Positions 26,675-31,759 of a DNA stretch of 31,759 nt are shown here, piece by piece. Made by a program: the position numbers and the translations under genes. Origin of the DNA: a virus; the UHGV virus genome UHGV-0134350; one strand, written 5' to 3'. The notes beneath the pieces are model-generated. The model did no database searches. It had not been told where the DNA came from and saw only the letters and a list, made by a program, of their open reading frames with translations. The stretch's first letter is position 1, and each line of letters opens with the position of its first letter.

Positions 26675-27013
26675 TTAATTCGGCATGGTTAGCCGTTTGG
26701 GAAATAAGCTCACTACTGCACGAAAATGATTCATCGCTGTAATAAGCGCCTTTTTCTCGTCAGTAGTCAGCTCACTTAATTCGAGTTCATGACGAGCCGC
26801 CGGTATTTTTGCCAGAAAGAAAATAGCGGCCAGCGCCCGATTATTTTCTTCAAATTGTGGGTCACGTTTATCGCGCATATCATCGACAAAACGTTCAACC
26901 TCTTTCCAGCTATCGCCCCAATATCTCGCGCGCAATTCGGCAACATGATTGAGACCGGCCAGACGTTCACCCGCTTTTAGCGGAACAGTCGCGGAAACAG
27001 CTTCGATAGCCAT
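26675..27013 (-). CDS. hypothetical early protein
   Basis: 112-aa ORF in the early operon between cII and A. Confidence 0.6.
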   Translation of the reverse strand: MAIEAVSATVPLKAGERLAGLNHVAELRARYWGDSWKEVERFVDDMRDKRDPQFEENNRALAAIFFLAKIPAARHELELSELTTDEKKALITAMNHFRAVVSLFPKRLTMPN

Positions 27014-27183
27014 GATCCCCCCCGCTTTTGAGTAGAGAGGCCAGCCAGTAAATCAGCCTGCGAGTGGCTCGGGTGCCAGCGCTTGCCGTCCTTACCTGCG
27101 ATCCAGCCGTGGCCGTAGTGCATGCCGGGGCTTTGCTTAACGAGCAGAGATGCGAATGACGGTTCACTTTTCAGCATACGCAC
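26977..27183 (-). CDS. hypothetical small early protein (uncertain)
   Basis: 68-aa ORF starting right after cII and overlapping the next ORF by 37 nt; composition only. Confidence 0.35.
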   Translation of the reverse strand: MRMLKSEPSFASLLVKQSPGMHYGHGWIAGKDGKRWHPSHSQADLLAGLSTQKRGGSWLSKLFPRLFR

Positions 27184-27184
27184 C

Positions 27185-27694
27185 TCAAATCAGACCAAAC
27201 GATGCGCCAATACCGCTCATGGTATCGACCACGCTCGACATAGCTGGATTAGTCTGCAGACGTGCATGCAGAGCCAGAGCCGACAATGACAACATGCGAA
27301 TGCCGGAGTTAACGCTTTCAATCATGTTGTGCTTACGGGCAATGGTCAGACGTTCATCAGATACCGCGCCGCTCGCCAGTTCGCCGAGTTCACGCATTGC
27401 GCGCATGACATAAGACTGCAATTTGTCTTTAGCCAACTCATTAACCGGCACGCATGGTAGGCAGTGAATCTGCGCTAAAAAACCATCAATGAGGGTTGAG
27501 TCTTCGGTCAGGTCAGTCAGCAGCCACAATTCAGACGGCGTGAACTGGTGAGGCTGTTCCGGGTTGAGCTTGTTACGTAACGTTTGAACGTTCATACCTG
27601 CACGCTTGGCCAGCTTCGCCATATTGTGACGCTGTGCGAAAATGCGGCATGCTTCGTCATAGTGGGGATGTTTGGAAACCTGAAAATCAAACAT
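27185..27694 (-). CDS. cII: CII-like lysogeny establishment regulator (186 CII / CP76 family); P2 gpB is the alternative assignment
   Basis: 169 aa from ATG (MFDFQVSK...) with GAGGG RBS; HTH-like segment MAKLAKRAGMNVQTLRNKL; lies directly after the apl-like gene as in 186. Confidence 0.65.
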   Translation of the reverse strand: MFDFQVSKHPHYDEACRIFAQRHNMAKLAKRAGMNVQTLRNKLNPEQPHQFTPSELWLLTDLTEDSTLIDGFLAQIHCLPCVPVNELAKDKLQSYVMRAMRELGELASGAVSDERLTIARKHNMIESVNSGIRMLSLSALALHARLQTNPAMSSVVDTMSGIGASFGLI

Positions 27695-27726
27695 GGTTAA
27701 ATTCCCTCTAACTTGCATAATCAAAT

Positions 27727-28098
27727 TCAGTTAAGAGCGGTGCGCTGGTCGATGTAGCGACAATCAATCGCTTGTTGAGTCAGCTTATCGCGCCATGCTT
27801 TTACGTTTACGAGGGTTCGGCTTCGTTTAGCAGCTTCCTCTTTGTTGGAAAAGTCTTTGGTCGGAGCTTTGAGAAGGACTCCCTCATCGAGCCATTGCCA
27901 GACCAGACGCTCGCTAACACCGCGAGTAGCGGCGAAGTCTTTCACAGTCATCGTGTCTGACATAGCGGAGCGAATCATTGTCTGTAGAGCTGGCAGCATG
28001 GCGGTAACGATGGCATCAAACTGTGTTGGATCTAGCAGCACAGTTTGATTTTGTGAGTTTTGCGAGTCGTGCGTCGAGATTGATTTTGCATCTGACAT
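27727..28098 (-). CDS. Apl/Cox-like excisionase-regulator (HTH)
   Basis: First gene of the early operon, divergent from the repressor; HTH MTVKDFAATRGVSERLVWQWL; AGGAGA 9 nt upstream of the ATG at 28098, internal starts not excluded. Confidence 0.7.
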   Translation of the reverse strand: MSDAKSISTHDSQNSQNQTVLLDPTQFDAIVTAMLPALQTMIRSAMSDTMTVKDFAATRGVSERLVWQWLDEGVLLKAPTKDFSNKEEAAKRSRTLVNVKAWRDKLTQQAIDCRYIDQRTALN

Positions 28099-28219
28099 AT
28101 CGCATTATCTCCTGTTGTTTGAAATGTAGTGCAGTGGTGTGCATCTTGGTCGATGAATGCCACTATAGATCGTAAAAAGTTTTCTGTAAACACCCATAAA
28201 ATTATCTGTAGGGGTTTTT
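28099..28219. promoter_or_regulatory. genetic switch region between the apl-like and cI genes
   Basis: 121-bp intergenic region between divergent early and repressor genes; individual operators were not resolved by eye. Confidence 0.5.
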
Positions 28220-29080
28220 ATGAGTTCTGAGCTTGATGTTCAGTGGCGTGTTAGTGCAACGAACGGCGTATTGGAACGCTTAATGTCAGCCTATGGGGTC
28301 AAGATGCAAAAGGATTTGGCTGACCTGCTAGGTATCGCTAAACACAGCGTTAGCGGCTGGGTTCAGCGTGATGCAATACCTGGCAATGTCATAGTTAGGT
28401 GTTGTCTTGACACGGGAGCTGATATCAATTGGCTTGTAAATGGAGAACTTGCAAATGCAAATCACGAGCGAGCCAGTTGCAAGTTAAAAGGCAAAGAGCT
28501 TTATGACGAGATTATGACGAATGGTGGTAAAACCGTTTTGCGTAGGATTCTTGATGCGTATGGCTTTACCATGCAAAAGGAGCTCGGTGATTTGCTCGGC
28601 ATTTCCTCTGGCACAATTAGCACATGGGTAAGGCGAGATTTTTTCCCTGGTGATGTTGTTGTTACATGCGCTCTTGATACCGATACGTCACTGGAATGGT
28701 TAGCAACAGGCAAGGGGCAAATGCGAGCTAACAGGGAAGATGTCACATCTGGTTTTTCTATTAAAAAATCTCGTCTTGAATCTGGTGAGCTTAAGGATGC
28801 AGGAACGTGGCATCCTGACCCCTCAATGATTCCTTCTAACTCAGGGGAATTGATTTTTGTTGACGGTGTAGCTGCCTCTTGGCTTGTCGACTGTTCTGCT
28901 TCGAATATAAGTAATGGTCGCTGGTTAATTGATATCGACGGCGCTCTTGATGTTTTTGATGTAATTCGCTTGCCCGGTGGAAAAGTCAGGTTGTCAAATA
29001 AGTCTGCTGAGTTTGAATGCAACATTACAGACATTACTCCTGCCGGGGCTGTAGTTTTCACATTGGAAAAACACGTGTAA
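28220..29080 (+). CDS. cI: CI-type immunity repressor (186 CI-like) with tandem duplicated N-terminal DNA-binding domain
   Basis: 286-aa ORF; two internally similar segments (aa about 18-77 and 96-163) of the phage CI repressor HTH type, then a CI C-terminal-like domain. Confidence 0.8.
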   Translation: MSSELDVQWRVSATNGVLERLMSAYGVKMQKDLADLLGIAKHSVSGWVQRDAIPGNVIVRCCLDTGADINWLVNGELANANHERASCKLKGKELYDEIMTNGGKTVLRRILDAYGFTMQKELGDLLGISSGTISTWVRRDFFPGDVVVTCALDTDTSLEWLATGKGQMRANREDVTSGFSIKKSRLESGELKDAGTWHPDPSMIPSNSGELIFVDGVAASWLVDCSASNISNGRWLIDIDGALDVFDVIRLPGGKVRLSNKSAEFECNITDITPAGAVVFTLEKHV

Positions 29081-29088
29081 GGGACATT

Positions 29089-29418
29089 ATGAAATGTAAA
29101 CTCTTTTTAGCTCTGCTTCTTACCCTTTCTTTTGGAGCCTCAGCCGCTGAAAAAACACAGGATTTAGATGGCGCTAAGTTTGGTGAGGATTGGCCGTTAA
29201 CTTTTGAAAAAGCTACGGTGTCTTGTGTCAACGGTAAATATGCCTTTGTGTACGACAAAGCAACAGATGACCAAATGGTTTTGCGATTGATGGAGTAAAG
29301 TCTGGAAAGCTTGAGGGGAGCAATATTGATACTGTTTGGAAAGATAGCCCGGAGTATGCAGGCGTAAAAATTCCTTTGGATCCTGTAATGGATGCTGCAA
29401 CAGCACTTTGGGAATAAT
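29089..29418 (+). pseudogene. small secreted protein gene interrupted by a 1-nt frameshift (moron between cI and int)
   Basis: ATG with GGGA RBS; signal peptide MKCKLFLALLLTLSFGASA; the frame stops at 29298 but another frame continues NGFAIDGVKSGKLEGSNIDTVWKDSPEYAGVKIPLDPVMDAATALWE to 29418. Confidence 0.5.
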
Positions 29419-29439
29419 TAGAGTTGCCTCGGTGACATT

Positions 29440-30480
29440 ATGACTGTAAGTAAGCAAAAAAATGGCAAATGGTTATGCGAGCTCTATCCAAATGGTCGAG
29501 AAGGGCGGCGTATACGTCGGCAATTCAATACCAAAGGTGAGGCCGAGGCATTCGAAGCATTTACGAAAAGTGAGAGTGAGGATAAGCCGTGGCTCGGCAA
29601 GAAAGAAGACCGCCGACGCTTAAGTGAGATTATCCAGCTTTGGCATAATTTACACGGACAGGCACTGGTCGCCAGTAAGTCGCGGTTAGCTAAACTTCAA
29701 ATCGTGTGTAATGGACTTGGTGACCCTATTGCATCCCGCCTTACTGCTAAAGATTGGGCTCATTACCGTGACCGCCGACTTCGGGGGGAGATAGATAATG
29801 GCTATCATAAAGACCCGGCAAAATGGATTGCTAAACCGATAACTGTCAATCGTGAGCAACAATATCTTGAGGCTGTATTTAATGAGCTCAAAAGGCTAGG
29901 GGAGTGGAGCTTACCAAATCCACTTGATGGAGTCCGTGTTTTCAAGGAAGCCGAGAAAGAAATGTCTTGGCTCACTTTGTCTCAAATTCCGAAATTGTTT
30001 CAGGCATGCGAGCAATACGGAAAAGAAGACCTCACCATGATTGTTAAGATTTGTCTTGCAACAGGTGCTAGATGGGGTGAGGCTGAGAGGTTGACACGTC
30101 CCCAGCTCTCGCCACATAAACTGACCTTCACCAAAACGAAAGGGAAAAAGAATCGAACCGTTCCGATCCCAAAATGGTTGTATGACGAATTATCTGAAAG
30201 GCAGGGAAAGATGTTTAAGCCTTGCTATCAGGAGTTTAAAAAGATGCTCAAACTAACGGATATCGAACTGACGGAAGGGCAAAAGACACACGTTCTGCGT
30301 CATACCTTCGGCGCTCATTTTATGATGAATGGCGGGAATATTCTTGTGCTGCAACGTATACTCGGTCATGCGAATATTCGTGAAACTATGAAGTATGCAC
30401 ATTTCTCCCCGGATCATCTTGAGGAGGCTGTAACATTTAATCCTTTAACATTATGTAATGGTTTTAAATGGAAAGATTAA
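29440..30480 (+). CDS. int: tyrosine integrase
   Basis: 346-aa ORF with catalytic-domain motifs HVLRHTF, LQRILGH and YAHF; downstream of cI as in P2/186. Confidence 0.9.
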   Translation: MTVSKQKNGKWLCELYPNGREGRRIRRQFNTKGEAEAFEAFTKSESEDKPWLGKKEDRRRLSEIIQLWHNLHGQALVASKSRLAKLQIVCNGLGDPIASRLTAKDWAHYRDRRLRGEIDNGYHKDPAKWIAKPITVNREQQYLEAVFNELKRLGEWSLPNPLDGVRVFKEAEKEMSWLTLSQIPKLFQACEQYGKEDLTMIVKICLATGARWGEAERLTRPQLSPHKLTFTKTKGKKNRTVPIPKWLYDELSERQGKMFKPCYQEFKKMLKLTDIELTEGQKTHVLRHTFGAHFMMNGGNILVLQRILGHANIRETMKYAHFSPDHLEEAVTFNPLTLCNGFKWKD

Positions 30481-30549
30481 TTATGCGTATATTGTTAGTT
30501 TATTTTAACGCTGTTGGATTTAAATTTAATAACGGCTGCGTCTATTGTA

Positions 30550-30596
30550 AACCATAAAGACCACCTATGGCCGTCTTTATGGTTTGTGTTTTTTTG
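30550..30596 (+). terminator. rho-independent terminator after int
   Basis: Stem AACCATAAAGAC / GTCTTTATGGTT, then TGTG and a 7-T run; abuts the stop of the convergent 281-aa gene. Confidence 0.5.
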
Positions 30597-31442
30597 TTAT
30601 GATGGTAATTCTATTTCATCATGATCATCAACTTTTTCAAAGTCACCGGCTTTAATTGGGACAGGTTTAAGTTCAATTTCACCGAAACCCATTGGGAAAA
30701 GACTATGAGTAGTGTCTTGTTTGCAAAAATAAGATACCAAATCAAATCCACAGGAAACTTTTTTTATAAAGTCATCTGATAGTAAAATGCATAAAAAAGA
30801 TGAGTCTTCTTTTGTTTCTGTGTTTTTCTTTGTTGTCTTGGGGTGAATTATGTCATTTCTAAGTGACTCAAGGCTTTTAAAATCTTGCCATAGTTTTGAA
30901 CCTTTAGGTGAATCACAATTTAAAATAGACGGTAGGATTTTATCTATTTTTTCACTTGTTGGTATATATCGCTCAATTAGCTCTTTGCTATAGGATTCTT
31001 TGATTCCCTTGGCATTGTTTTTTTCATAAACATAATCATGTGGTATGCATATATTTGCAAAAGACTCAATTGCAGTATACATAGAAATAATGGCCGTCTG
31101 AATTGATTCAAAGTAATTATAGAGTCTCGGCAGGTCTTTGTCGGAAATTTTAAAGTTTTTATGTTTGGTTTTGTGTATTTTTCCAAAAAGACTTTTATAT
31201 ATAGAATTGGATTTTGAGAGCTCTTTTTTTGCTGAGGATAAGAATATAGAAACGTTATTTGGGGTGAAAAAACTAACTGTCGCACCAGATAATGTGGCTT
31301 TATCTGACATTTGCAATGTCAAATTTAAATTTTCTTCTTCTATTCTTGCTATGATTGGTCTCTGCATCCTGATATCGATAATCTGGATTGTATCCTTTTT
31401 TGACACGTTCTTCTCCGTGGATGTTTTGTGGTTAAAAAACAA
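30597..31442 (-). CDS. hypothetical protein in AT-rich flank, HEPN-like R-x4-H motif
   Basis: 281-codon open frame in very AT-rich DNA, which is unlikely by chance; motif LESLRNDIIHP; the track start is TTG and the true start is uncertain. Confidence 0.55.
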   Translation of the reverse strand: MFFNHKTSTEKNVSKKDTIQIIDIRMQRPIIARIEEENLNLTLQMSDKATLSGATVSFFTPNNVSIFLSSAKKELSKSNSIYKSLFGKIHKTKHKNFKISDKDLPRLYNYFESIQTAIISMYTAIESFANICIPHDYVYEKNNAKGIKESYSKELIERYIPTSEKIDKILPSILNCDSPKGSKLWQDFKSLESLRNDIIHPKTTKKNTETKEDSSFLCILLSDDFIKKVSCGFDLVSYFCKQDTTHSLFPMGFGEIELKPVPIKAGDFEKVDDHDEIELPS

Positions 31443-31556
31443 TGCTAATTTTAGGATGTTGGGTTTTTAAAAACTGACAACTACTTGGTAATACCTGATT
31501 CGTGCAAAAATAATTTTGAAGCTAATAATTACATTATATCAGGTAAAAATCATATA

Positions 31557-31709
31557 ATGCGTATCAATATTACAACATATACGGAAATTTTCCAACTACC
31601 TCATGTGTTAGCGTTTCACTCGGGTATACTAAAGTCTGTGTGGTATAAAGCTTTAAGTGGCGGCAAAGTGGCGGCGGAGGTTGCAGAATATTGCAATTCA
31701 CTGCATTAA
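31557..31709 (+). CDS. small hypothetical protein (uncertain)
   Basis: Open frame from ATG (MRINITTYTEIF...) in AT-rich flank; weak RBS. Confidence 0.2.
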   Translation: MRINITTYTEIFQLPHVLAFHSGILKSVWYKALSGGKVAAEVAEYCNSLH

Positions 31710-31759
31710 AAATTAAATTAACTAATTGTTTTTATTATAATTATATGTTTTTTATGTGG

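Larger units (their letters stand above)
1..30596. mobile_element. P2/186-family prophage, partial (D-side end lies left of the window; int-proximal end near 30.5 kb)
   Basis: Near-complete syntenic set of P2-like late genes, 186-type cos, replication gene A, cI/cII/apl switch and integrase; the right boundary is inferred from the int stop and terminator, the att site itself was not identified. Confidence 0.9.

Noticed and set aside
30481-30600. tRNA gene or obvious att core next to int
   Set aside because: No tRNA-like structure recognised, and without the other prophage end the att repeat cannot be defined
1-31759. CRISPR arrays, rRNA or tRNA genes
   Set aside because: No regularly spaced direct repeats or structured RNA gene signatures seen anywhere in the window

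Overview
This window is almost entirely one P2/186-family (peduovirus-like) myovirus prophage of an enterobacterium, with most genes on the minus strand. From left to right: late tail genes D-U-T-E/E'-FII-FI; a remnant DNA-invertase gene next to a roughly 1.95-kb invertible tail-fibre segment; tail fibre H and baseplate genes I-J-W-V; tail completion S-R; the lysis cassette (lysC/lysB, endolysin K, holin Y); X-L-M-N-O; terminase P and portal Q on the plus strand; an AT-rich two-gene cargo operon; a cos site; a convergent 143-aa cargo gene; a LexA-box-controlled dinI/Tum-like locus; replication gene A and small early genes; a 186-type switch (cII, apl/cox-like | cI-type repressor with duplicated DNA-binding domain); a frameshifted secreted-protein moron; and the integrase, followed by AT-rich flanking DNA with a 281-aa unknown gene. 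The strongest candidate for an undescribed system is the AT-rich two-gene operon between Q and cos (a soluble 272-aa protein translationally coupled to a 241-aa protein with two N-terminal transmembrane helices). Other points of interest are an apparently decayed tail-fibre inversion switch, an in-frame amber codon splitting a Tum/DinI-like SOS locus, and the HEPN-like flanking gene. All assignments come from reading the translated ORFs and the DNA by eye; no database search was run.
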